The notes beneath the pieces are model-generated. The model saw only the letters and a program-made list of their open reading frames with translations. It did not search any database and was not told the origin of the DNA. From assembly GCA_965209055.1 (NCBI GenBank), contig OZ242374.1, positions 3,456,001-3,520,000 on the forward strand: a stretch of DNA of 64,000 bases, read 5' to 3'. This stretch comes from Acidobacteriota bacterium (GTDB lineage Bacteria > Acidobacteriota > UBA6911 > RPQK01 > JAJDTT01). Within the stretch, counting starts at the first letter, position 1. Each line of letters begins with the position of its first letter. Positions 47,716-56,690 of this stretch are shown here, one piece after another. The position numbers were made by a program, and so were the translations under genes.

Positions 47716-49188
47716 TCAGGCCAGAGCGCCCTCGATCACCTGGCCCCGCTGGCCGGTGAGGCGCTCTTCCAGGCCGTGGTAGAAGTAGGTCAGCTTGGTG
47801 TGGTCCAGGCCCATCAGGTGCAGCACCGTGGCGTGCAGGTCGGAGACGTGGTAGGGGTCTTCCACCGCCTCGAACCCAAGCTCGTCGGTGGCTCCGATGG
47901 CCTGACCGCCCTTGACGCCGGCCCCGGCCAGCCACATGGAGAAGCCGAGCCAGTTGTGGTCGCGGCCCGGTTTCCCGACGCCCTCGCTGGTGGGGGTCCG
48001 GCCGAACTCGCCGCCCCAGATCAGGAGGGTCTCCTCCCAGAGTCCGGTCCGCTTCAGGTCTTCGATCAGGGCGGCCATGGGCTGGTCGGTCTCGTAGCCG
48101 TGGAGCGAGTGATTCTTGATGCAGTCCACGTGGCCGTCCCAGGTTTCGGGGCCGTGCCCGCCGCCCGAGTAGAGCTGGACGAAGCGGACGCCCTTCTCGA
48201 TGAGCCGCCGCGCGATGAGGCACTTGCGGCCGTAGTCGGCGGTGAGCCGGTTGTTGAGCCCGTACATCTCCCGGGTCTGCTCACTCTCCTGTTCGACGTC
48301 CACCACGTCGGCGGCCGTGGTCTGCATCCGGTACGCCAACTCGTAGGAGTGGATCCGGGCGGCCAGCTCCGACTCCTGCTCCCGGCCCTTCAGGTGCTTC
48401 CGATTCAACCGTTGCAACAGGTTCAGGGAGTGGCGCTGGGTCCGTTCGCTGACGTCCTCCGGCGTCGCCAGGTTCAGGAGCGGATTGCCCTTGCTTCGGA
48501 AGAGGGTTCCCTGGTAGGCGGCCGGCATGAAACCGGCGGTCCAGTTGGAGGTCCCGCCGATGGGTCCGCCCCGGGGATCGGTCATGACGACGAAGCTGGG
48601 CAGATCGTTGCCCAGTGTGCCCAGACCGTAGCTGAGCCACGAGCCCAGGGAGGGTCTCCCGATGATGACGTTGCCCGTGTTCATCTGGATGTTTCCCGAG
48701 GCGTGCGCCGCCGTGTCGGTGTACAGGGAGCGAATCACGCAGAGGTCGTCGGCAAAGCGGGAGACGTGGGGGTAGACGCTGCTGATTTCCAGGCCGCTCT
48801 GGCCGTGCTTCTTGAACTCGAACGGAGATTGCATCAGGTAGCCGATGGGACGGTTGTTGGACCCCACCTTCACCTTGCCCTTGTAGGGGGTACCGTTGTA
48901 CTTGGTCAGCGCGGGCTTGGGGTCGAACAGGTCCACGTGGCTGGGCCCGCCGTTCATGAAGAAGAAAATGACGTGCTTGGCGCGCGTCGGGAAGTGGGGC
49001 AGCTTGGGAGCCAGGAGCTCCGGCGGGGCGCCGTCGACTGAAGCCGCGTTCAGTCGTCCGAAAAAGCCGTCGGTAGAGAGGAGGTCGATGAGGGCCAACC
49101 CGGCGAATCCTCCGCCCGTCTCCCAGAGGAACTCCCGCCGCGTCCGGCCACAGGGTGGATTGTTGCGTGTGAACCGCTTCGTCTGCAT
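47716..49188 (-). CDS. DUF1501 domain protein (Tat-exported)
   Basis: TRREFL, GGPSHVDLFDPKP, SYELAYRMQ, WDGH, GEFGRTP, GRDHN. Confidence 0.93.
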   Translation of the reverse strand: MQTKRFTRNNPPCGRTRREFLWETGGGFAGLALIDLLSTDGFFGRLNAASVDGAPPELLAPKLPHFPTRAKHVIFFFMNGGPSHVDLFDPKPALTKYNGTPYKGKVKVGSNNRPIGYLMQSPFEFKKHGQSGLEISSVYPHVSRFADDLCVIRSLYTDTAAHASGNIQMNTGNVIIGRPSLGSWLSYGLGTLGNDLPSFVVMTDPRGGPIGGTSNWTAGFMPAAYQGTLFRSKGNPLLNLATPEDVSERTQRHSLNLLQRLNRKHLKGREQESELAARIHSYELAYRMQTTAADVVDVEQESEQTREMYGLNNRLTADYGRKCLIARRLIEKGVRFVQLYSGGGHGPETWDGHVDCIKNHSLHGYETDQPMAALIEDLKRTGLWEETLLIWGGEFGRTPTSEGVGKPGRDHNWLGFSMWLAGAGVKGGQAIGATDELGFEAVEDPYHVSDLHATVLHLMGLDHTKLTYFYHGLEERLTGQRGQVIEGALA

Positions 49189-49227
49189 CGTTGTTCTCCC
49201 GGCAGGGCCGATTCCTACGGTGCCTCC

Positions 49228-51756
49228 TCAGTTGGGGTAGACGAATTCATTGAGATTGAAGACCACCCGGCAGAGTTGAACCAGGCTCTTCTCCCGGGCC
49301 ACGAGCCGGTTCCGGTTCCGGGCGCTTACCTCCCAGAGGTGGGCCTCGGTCTCCTGGTTCAGGAAGTCCACCATTTCCCGGTGTTCGTCGGGAGTCGGTC
49401 CGCGGGCGAGCGCCAGGCGATACACGAGATCCACCTGCTGGGCCAGGTCAGGGCCCGCCTCCTCCAGGACTCTGCGAGCCAGGTGGAAGGCCTGCTCGTT
49501 GGCGAAGTCTCCGTTGAACAGCGTCAGGGCCTGGGGAGCGATGCTGGTCACCGGCCGCTGGGCGGAACTCCGGGTCGTGTCGCACAGGTCCAGGACCTCC
49601 AGCATGGGGATGAGCATGGAGCGCTTGATGAAGGCGTAGACGGTCCTGCGGGAGGCCTCCCGGGGATCGGACGTATACCAGATCTTGTCCGGATCCGGAT
49701 GCCCTTCCAGCGCGGCCTCGGGTATGGGCGGCACCATGCTGGGGCCGTACATCTTGCGATTGAGCTGTCCGCTGGCCGCCAGCATCGAGTCCCGGATGGC
49801 CTCTGCCTCGAGCCTTCGATAGTGGGCCCGCCAGAGGAAGCGGTTTTCCGGGTCCGCCTCGAGGTACCCGGCCACTGGCTTCTTGCCCATGCGGTACGTG
49901 TTGCTGGTCATGATCAAGGTGTGGAGCTTCTTGAAGGACCAGCCCTCTTCGATGAAACGGCTGGCCAGCCAGTCCAGAAGCTGGGGATGGCTGGGCCGGT
50001 CTCCCATACTGCCGAAGTCGCCGGCGCTGCGGACCAGTCCCTGGCCCAGGTGCTGCTGCCAGACCCGGTTGACCAGGACCCGGGCGGTCAGGGGGTTTTC
50101 CGGGCTGGCGATCCAGCGGGCCAGGGCCAGTCTCCGCCCACTGCTGTTTCCCTTGGCGGAAAACGGGGGCTGGGAGCTGACCAGGGCGGCGGGAAGAGCC
50201 GGGACAGCCACGTCGCCGGGACTGGCGGCCCGGCCTCGCATCAACACGTGGACCACCTCCGGCGGCTTCGACTCGTAGAGGTAGTAGCCGCGGTCCAGAT
50301 CGGGAACGGATCGGCGAACCCGGGCGATCTCGGCTTCCAACCCGGCGATCCGGCCCACCAGCTCGGGAGGGAGGGCCTCGGCCGTCTTGGCGATCATCTC
50401 CGTGGAGTATTGCCTGGCCAGTTCCTTCTGCTCTTCCGTTCTCTTCCTGATGTCTTCCAGCAGGGCAGCCACGGCCTTTGCGGGGAGTCCGCTTTGACCC
50501 GAGCGGAGCCGGTCGATCCGGAAGTCCTCCCGCAGCTTGTCGATCTTGGCTTCCAGCTCCTTGATGCGCTCGTCCCTCTCGGACTGCCGGGTCATTTGGG
50601 TGTGATCCCCCACCGGCAGGCTGACCTCCCGGCGTCCGGTCTGGGACCGGCGGAGGCCGTTGAAGAGGGCGACCATTCCGTAATAGTCCTGCTGGGTAAG
50701 GGGATCGAACTTGTGGTCGTGGCAGCGGGCGCAGCCCATGGTCAGTCCCAGGAAGGCCTCCGAGGTGGTTCGAACCACGTCGTCCAATTGATCGAAGCGG
50801 TCCTGGTCGAAGTCGGCCGGTTCGTCGTCCCAGGGGCCCAGCCGGTTGAAGCCCATGGCGACATGGGTCTCGGCGGTGGCGTCCTCCAGCTCGTCTCCGG
50901 CCAGTTGCTCCAGGATGAACCGGTCGTAGGGCTTGTCCTGGTTCAGGGACCGGATCACGTAATCCCGGTACTTCCAGACCTCCGGTTTGGTGGCGTCCCG
51001 CTCGTAACCGTTGGTTTCGGCGTAGCGGACCACGTCCAGCCAGTGCCGGCCCCAGCGCTCCCCGTATCCCGGGCGGTCCAGGAGTTCTTCGATCAGGCGG
51101 TCGAACGCTTCCGGGCTGGCCTTTTTCAGGAACTCGTGCTGTTCCTGCGGAGTCGGCGGAAGGCCGACGAGGTCGAGGTGCATGCGCCGCAACAGCGCTT
51201 CGTCTCCCGCCGGAGGAGATGGTTTCCAACCGCGGCCTTCCAACCTGGCCAGGACGAAGGCGTCGATGGGGTTCCGAACCCATTCCGTGTTCTTCACCAC
51301 AGGGACCGGAGGCGAGGTCGGCGGTTGAAACGACCAGTGGTCCTTCGCTTTCGCCAGCGGACTCGAATCGGCCGATTCGGCGTATTCGGCGCCGGCGTCG
51401 ATCCAGGCCCGGAGCAGGCCGATCTCTTCGGGAGTGAGCCGATCTCCGGTCTTGGGCATGAGCCGGTCAGGGTCCAGACCGGCCACGGTCTGAATCAGCA
51501 GACTCCGGGCGCTGTCGCCGGGGATGACCGAGGGGAGGCCCGAGTCGCCTCCTTTCAGAGCGTGGCCGCGTTCGTCGAGCCGCAGGCCGTTCATCTGGAC
51601 GGTCGCTCCGTGGCACGCGTAGCAACGGTCCCTGAGAATCGGCTCGACCTGCTCGGAGAAGTCCACGCCGGCAGGAGCCGGGGGAGGGAGGTCCCGGCTT
51701 CCGGCCACAGCGGCGGTGACGGAAAAGATCAGCGACACGCCGAGCCAGTGGAACAT
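49228..51756 (-). CDS. PSD1/planctomycete cytochrome c domain protein (PSCyt1 + DUF1549 + DUF1553)
   Basis: CYACHG, WIDAGA, HWSF, YGERWGRHWLDVVRY, CARCHDHKFDP, RRLEAE, NLNEF. Confidence 0.93.
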   Translation of the reverse strand: MFHWLGVSLIFSVTAAVAGSRDLPPPAPAGVDFSEQVEPILRDRCYACHGATVQMNGLRLDERGHALKGGDSGLPSVIPGDSARSLLIQTVAGLDPDRLMPKTGDRLTPEEIGLLRAWIDAGAEYAESADSSPLAKAKDHWSFQPPTSPPVPVVKNTEWVRNPIDAFVLARLEGRGWKPSPPAGDEALLRRMHLDLVGLPPTPQEQHEFLKKASPEAFDRLIEELLDRPGYGERWGRHWLDVVRYAETNGYERDATKPEVWKYRDYVIRSLNQDKPYDRFILEQLAGDELEDATAETHVAMGFNRLGPWDDEPADFDQDRFDQLDDVVRTTSEAFLGLTMGCARCHDHKFDPLTQQDYYGMVALFNGLRRSQTGRREVSLPVGDHTQMTRQSERDERIKELEAKIDKLREDFRIDRLRSGQSGLPAKAVAALLEDIRKRTEEQKELARQYSTEMIAKTAEALPPELVGRIAGLEAEIARVRRSVPDLDRGYYLYESKPPEVVHVLMRGRAASPGDVAVPALPAALVSSQPPFSAKGNSSGRRLALARWIASPENPLTARVLVNRVWQQHLGQGLVRSAGDFGSMGDRPSHPQLLDWLASRFIEEGWSFKKLHTLIMTSNTYRMGKKPVAGYLEADPENRFLWRAHYRRLEAEAIRDSMLAASGQLNRKMYGPSMVPPIPEAALEGHPDPDKIWYTSDPREASRRTVYAFIKRSMLIPMLEVLDLCDTTRSSAQRPVTSIAPQALTLFNGDFANEQAFHLARRVLEEAGPDLAQQVDLVYRLALARGPTPDEHREMVDFLNQETEAHLWEVSARNRNRLVAREKSLVQLCRVVFNLNEFVYPN

Positions 51757-51967
51757 GGGAAGACTTTTGCTCGATTCAGACCAGAAAATTGCTGATTTCG
51801 CAGGTATTCTAGCAGCCGCGTGTGAAGCTCGCCACGGAAACGGAGCGCCGGCAGATCCCGGCGGGTACGGTCGTTCCGAGTCCGGCGCGAACGGTTGAGC
51901 TCCGTGGCAGCATGACCGGGGACGGGCAATCCGTAGTAGACTGGAAAGGCACGAGGATCAATTCTCC

Positions 51968-53740
51968 GTGGCGATGACGAGTTTGGATCCCACGAAACTG
52001 GAAGGCTGGCAGTTGGCTGAGGCCGCTGAGAAGGTGGCCACGCCAATCGATCAACTGGGTTCGGAACTGGGCCTTCGGCCGGACGAATTGCTTCCCGCCG
52101 GCCGGGGACTCGCCAAGGTGGATCACCGGGCGGTCATGGAAAGGCTCCGAGGCTCTGCCCGCGGGCGGTACGTCGACGTCACCGCCATCACCCCGACGCC
52201 TTTGGGAGAAGGAAAAACCACCACCACCATCGGACTGGTGCAGGGTCTGGCACGGATCGGCTGCAGAGTGGCGGGCGCCATCCGGCAGCCCAGCGGGGGG
52301 CCCACCTTCAATCTCAAGGGGTCGGGCGCCGGCGGCGGCCTCTCCCAGTGCATTCCCCTGGCCCCGCTCTCGATCCGGCTCACCGGCGACCTGGATTCCA
52401 TCACCAACGCCCACAACCTGGCCATGGTGGCCCTGACGGCCAGGATGCAGCACGAACGGAACTACGACGACCGTAAGCTGGAGTCGCTGGGGCTGAACCG
52501 TCTCGACTTGGATCCCGGCCGGGTGGAGATGAAGTGGGCCATCGATTTCTGCGCCCAGTCCCTGCGTAACATCAACATCGGGAACGGCGGCAAGATGGAC
52601 GGCTATCCCATGGAGTCGGGCTTTCAGATCACCGCCTCCAGCGAACTCATGGCGATTCTGGCCGTCTCCCGGGATCTGGCGGATCTGCGGGAGCGGATCG
52701 GCAGGATCGTCGTGGCCTGGGACCGCCGGGGCGGGGAGGTGACGGCTTCCGATCTGGAGGTGGCCGGCGCCATGACGGCGTGGATGACGGAAGCCGTCCA
52801 TCCGAACCTGCTCCAGACCATGGAAGGGCAGCCCATGCTGGTTCACGCGGGTCCCTTCGCCAACATCGCGCTGGGCCAGAGCTCCGTCATCGCCGACCGG
52901 ATGGGAACCCTGCTGACCGACTATCTGGTCACCGAGAGCGGGTTCGGATCCGACATCGGATACGAGAAGTTCTGGAACCTCAAATGCCGGTACTCCGGGC
53001 TCCGGCCCGATGCGGTGGTGATCGTGGCCACGATTCGGGCTCTCAAGAGCCACGGGGGCGGGCCGCGGGTTCGCCCGGGCCAGCCGTTGGACCCCGCCTA
53101 CACCGAGGAGAACCTGGAACTGGTGGAAGAGGGATGCTCCAATTTGCTGGCCCACATCGACATCGTTCGGAAGAGCGGAATCGAACCGGTGGTCTGCGTC
53201 AATCGGATCGTCACCGATTCCGACGAGGAGATCGCCTTGGTGAAGCGGGTCGCCGAAGAGGCCGGGGCTCCCTTCGCCATGTCCGACCACTGGCTCAAGG
53301 GAGGCGAGGGAGCCGTGGAGTTGGCCGAGGCGGTGGTGGAAGCCTGCGAGCAGAAGCGCGATTTCCGGTTTCTCTACGACATGGAGAGCCGGCTCGAAGC
53401 ACGGATCGAGTGCATCGCCACCCAGGTCTACGGGGCCGGAAGCGTGAGCTACTCGCCGGAGGCCCGGCGCAAGCTGGAGCGGCTGGACAGCGATCCCCGG
53501 AACCGCTCACTGGGGCTCTGCATGGCCAAGTCCAATCTGAGTCTCTCCCACGATCCACAGTTGAAAGGCCGGCCGCGCGGTTGGGAGCTCCCGGTTCGGG
53601 ACATCCTGCTCTACCGGGGCGCCGGACTGGCGGTCCCGGTGGCAGGGGGAATCCATCTCTTGCCCGGAACCGGTTCCCGGCCCGCCTACCGCGGGATCGA
53701 CGTCGATCCGCAGACGGGCCGGATCCAGGGGCTGTTCTGA
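51968..53740 (+). CDS. fhs: Formate--tetrahydrofolate ligase
   Basis: TAITPTPLGEGKTTT, RQPS.GP.F.LKG, VHAGPFANIA, TESGFGSDIG.EKF, MAK...SLSHDP, terminal GLF. Confidence 0.95.
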   Translation: MAMTSLDPTKLEGWQLAEAAEKVATPIDQLGSELGLRPDELLPAGRGLAKVDHRAVMERLRGSARGRYVDVTAITPTPLGEGKTTTTIGLVQGLARIGCRVAGAIRQPSGGPTFNLKGSGAGGGLSQCIPLAPLSIRLTGDLDSITNAHNLAMVALTARMQHERNYDDRKLESLGLNRLDLDPGRVEMKWAIDFCAQSLRNINIGNGGKMDGYPMESGFQITASSELMAILAVSRDLADLRERIGRIVVAWDRRGGEVTASDLEVAGAMTAWMTEAVHPNLLQTMEGQPMLVHAGPFANIALGQSSVIADRMGTLLTDYLVTESGFGSDIGYEKFWNLKCRYSGLRPDAVVIVATIRALKSHGGGPRVRPGQPLDPAYTEENLELVEEGCSNLLAHIDIVRKSGIEPVVCVNRIVTDSDEEIALVKRVAEEAGAPFAMSDHWLKGGEGAVELAEAVVEACEQKRDFRFLYDMESRLEARIECIATQVYGAGSVSYSPEARRKLERLDSDPRNRSLGLCMAKSNLSLSHDPQLKGRPRGWELPVRDILLYRGAGLAVPVAGGIHLLPGTGSRPAYRGIDVDPQTGRIQGLF

Positions 53741-53745
53741 CCGGG

Positions 53746-54546
53746 ATGCCAGGGTCCGATCGATTCAGCCTCCAGGGCGAGGTCGCCGTTGTCACCGGAG
53801 CCGGATCGGGCCTGGGAGAGGATCTCGCCGTGGCCCTGGCCGAAGCCGGCGCCGACGTGGTCGTCGGGGACCGGGACGGTGCCCTGGCCGAAGCCGCAGC
53901 CCGCCGCATTCGCCGGCGGGGACGGGACGGGTTGGGAGTGGCGGCGGACGTCTCCCGTCCCGACGACGTCGACCGCATGATGGCGGCCGCGGAGGAGCGT
54001 TTCGGGCGCCTCGACATCCTGGTGAACAACGCCGGGATTTCCATTCACGCCCCCACCCTCGACGCCACCCTGGAGGTCTGGCAGAGGGTCTTCGACGTCA
54101 ACGCAACCGGGACTTTTCTCTGTTCCCAGCGAGCCGGCCGGATCATGGCGCCCCAGGGGGGCGGTTGCATCATCAACATCGCCTCGGTCTACGGGCACGT
54201 GGGAGTGGATCCATCGGTCTCCCACCCGCCGGGCAAGCCGACGCGCGAAGATCTGGCCTATTCGGCCAGCAAGGGAGCCGTGATCAGCATGACCCGGGCG
54301 CTGGCCACCTATTGGGCGGACTACAAGATCCGGGTCAACGCCATCAGCCCCGGGATGATCCGGACCGAACGGCTGAAAACGGCCGTTCCCAAGGACACCT
54401 GGTCCAGAATGATCCAGCGCACCCCATTGAAACGCCCGGGGACGGGGGAGGACCTGCAAGGGGCCGTCATCTACCTGGCGTCAGACGCGGCTTCGTTCGT
54501 CACCGGTCAGGTCCTGTGCGTGGACGGAGGCTGGCTGGCCTGGTAG
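53746..54546 (+). CDS. Short-chain dehydrogenase/reductase
   Basis: VTGAGSGLG, NNAG, YSASK, SFVTGQ.L.VDGG; start at MPGSDRF. Confidence 0.92.
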   Translation: MPGSDRFSLQGEVAVVTGAGSGLGEDLAVALAEAGADVVVGDRDGALAEAAARRIRRRGRDGLGVAADVSRPDDVDRMMAAAEERFGRLDILVNNAGISIHAPTLDATLEVWQRVFDVNATGTFLCSQRAGRIMAPQGGGCIINIASVYGHVGVDPSVSHPPGKPTREDLAYSASKGAVISMTRALATYWADYKIRVNAISPGMIRTERLKTAVPKDTWSRMIQRTPLKRPGTGEDLQGAVIYLASDAASFVTGQVLCVDGGWLAW

Positions 54547-54625
54547 AGATTCATGCCACGGCGCCCCCGATTGGCGCCGCTGAGCTTTTGGCGAACGAGA
54601 CGACTACGGACGGGAGAACGAAAAA

Positions 54626-55006
54626 ATGAACAAAGACAGGTCCAAGGCATGCAAACCGGTTCGTTTCGTGGATCTGGCGAACATCGCTGAAAACCAGGAG
54701 ACGCTGGACCACAAGTCCTTCAACGACGCCTTCGGGCTCCCCGGCCATCTTCGGATGTCGGTGGGCCGACTGGCCCCCGGTGGGAGCGTGGAGCACCACC
54801 GGCACTTCACCATGGAGGAGGTCTACTACCTGATGAAGGGCCGCGCCATGGTGAGAGTCGATGACGATGAGTACGAGGTGGAGGAGAACACGGCCATCTA
54901 CTTTCCTCCCGAACCCATGCGGTCGGTCTACAATCACACCGACGAGGACTGCTGGTGGCTCTTCGTCGGGGCCCCACCCGACGTGAAGCCGCAAGATCAG
55001 AAGTAA
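54626..55006 (+). CDS. Cupin domain protein
   Basis: PGG....H.H...EEVYY...G motif. Confidence 0.85.
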   Translation: MNKDRSKACKPVRFVDLANIAENQETLDHKSFNDAFGLPGHLRMSVGRLAPGGSVEHHRHFTMEEVYYLMKGRAMVRVDDDEYEVEENTAIYFPPEPMRSVYNHTDEDCWWLFVGAPPDVKPQDQK

Positions 55007-55051
55007 CGACGCTCCGGCCACGCCGCCGCCGGATTCCGAATTGGAGGAGTC

Positions 55052-56668
55052 ATGGTTTTGAAACACCGGGTCCACCTGTATCTCTTCATTCCGCTGGTCC
55101 TTTGCCTGGCCGCTGGTTGTTCCGGCAGCGGACCGGGCACGCTCGAGCCGGACGGATTCCGTTTCGAGACGGTTCCGGGAGTGGTCCGCGGCGAGGCACC
55201 GCTCCTGGCCATCGACGACCACCTGTTGCCGCTGTGGCGGAACGTCTCCCTCTACTATTCCAAGCCGGAGGTGAGGCTGGAGCCGGTATTGACCCCCAGC
55301 CGCGACGATCCCGACAAGCCGGATTACATCGGGACCCATTTCTACGGGACGGTCCTCTTCGACGAGGGCAAGTACCGCATGTGGTACTACGCCCTGGGGA
55401 CGGGAGAGACCGAATCGGGGTTCACCGTGGGCCCGGTCGCCTACGCCGAGAGCGACGACGGGATCCACTGGGTGAAGCCGAACCTGGGACAGGTGGAATA
55501 CAAGGGGAGCCGCGAGAACAACCTTCTGGATCTGCCCGGGGAGCGGATGTACGGCGGTCACGTCCTCAAGGATGAGGAGGAGCCGGATCCGGAGCGCCGC
55601 TACAAGATGGTTTACAACCTCCACAACGGCACGACGTGGGTCTTCCGGACGGCCACAAGCCCCGACGGAACTCACTGGAAGGTCAAGGACCGGGATGCCG
55701 TCGACAAGTTCATCGAGATCGCGGGGGTCTACAAGCACAACAATTTCTATGCGGTCCACGGCCAGGCCGTCGGGCACAGCGAAGGGGGCCATGCCCATGG
55801 GCGCCAGGGTTACGCCGCCGTCTCGGCCAATTTCGACGACTGGGTATCGGGGTACGCCCCGGCGTTTCTGATCCGGGAGCCGGAGGACCCCGCCCAACGA
55901 GGCGGACGCAAGCCCTACGATCAGGTGCATCTGGGCATCGGAGCCCGCAGCTACGGCAGCGTCCTGGTGGGCCTGTTCGGGCTCTGGCACAACTTCCCGG
56001 GAGACACGACCCGGAACGTCCCGGCGGCCTGGTTCGGGCATGGCAAGATCTCGGCCGACTTCGGCCTGGTGGTCAGCAACGACGGGATCCATTTCCGCGA
56101 GCCGGTGAAGGGGCACGTCTACCTGCATCGGGACGATTCGCCGGTGACCAACGATCCGGGAAAAAGCTACCCCACCATCCTCTGCCAGTCGGGCAACGGC
56201 ATCCTCAACGTCGGCGACAAGACCCTCATCTACCACGGACGCTGGCGCAATGCCGAGTACGGCGAGGAGTACTACGCGGAGGTGGCGCTGGCCACGCTGC
56301 CCCGGGACCGCTGGGGCGCCCTGGGGCTCTATCCGGAAGGCTCGACGAGGCTGGACGAGCCCAAGGGCTGGGTCTGGTCCGCTCCGGTGACTCTGCCAAC
56401 GGGTGGTTTCGAAGTGGTCCTCAACGCCGACCACGCCCGGCTCATGAAGGTGGAGATCTCCGACGCCGCATTCCATCTGCTGCCCGGTTATTCGGGGGAG
56501 TCGAGCGGCGTTCCCCAGGGAGAGGGAGGACTCGACGTTCCCGTCCAATGGCCCGGAGGAGACCTGGCCGCCCTGGCGGGTCAGACGGTGCGCCTGCGGA
56601 TCCACATGGAGCGAGACGCGGACGCCGATCCCCGGCTCTACGTGGTCTACCTGAGGCAACTCGACTGA
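55052..56668 (+). CDS. Lipoprotein, five-bladed beta-propeller glycosidase-like hypothetical protein
   Basis: Lipobox LAAGC; YRMWY, AES.DGIHW.KP, S.DG.HW Asp-box-like repeats, LATL.RD. Confidence 0.7.
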   Translation: MVLKHRVHLYLFIPLVLCLAAGCSGSGPGTLEPDGFRFETVPGVVRGEAPLLAIDDHLLPLWRNVSLYYSKPEVRLEPVLTPSRDDPDKPDYIGTHFYGTVLFDEGKYRMWYYALGTGETESGFTVGPVAYAESDDGIHWVKPNLGQVEYKGSRENNLLDLPGERMYGGHVLKDEEEPDPERRYKMVYNLHNGTTWVFRTATSPDGTHWKVKDRDAVDKFIEIAGVYKHNNFYAVHGQAVGHSEGGHAHGRQGYAAVSANFDDWVSGYAPAFLIREPEDPAQRGGRKPYDQVHLGIGARSYGSVLVGLFGLWHNFPGDTTRNVPAAWFGHGKISADFGLVVSNDGIHFREPVKGHVYLHRDDSPVTNDPGKSYPTILCQSGNGILNVGDKTLIYHGRWRNAEYGEEYYAEVALATLPRDRWGALGLYPEGSTRLDEPKGWVWSAPVTLPTGGFEVVLNADHARLMKVEISDAAFHLLPGYSGESSGVPQGEGGLDVPVQWPGGDLAALAGQTVRLRIHMERDADADPRLYVVYLRQLD

Positions 56669-56690
56669 ATGCGAGACGGCCGGAACCGGA

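Noticed and set aside
52780-53745. Apparent long N-terminal extension of the SDR ORF (similar extensions on macB permease, tyrS, ABC exporter and the third TonB receptor)
   Set aside because: The extensions overlap neighbouring genes out of frame or are low-complexity Arg/Gly/Pro; family motifs begin at the downstream starts used.
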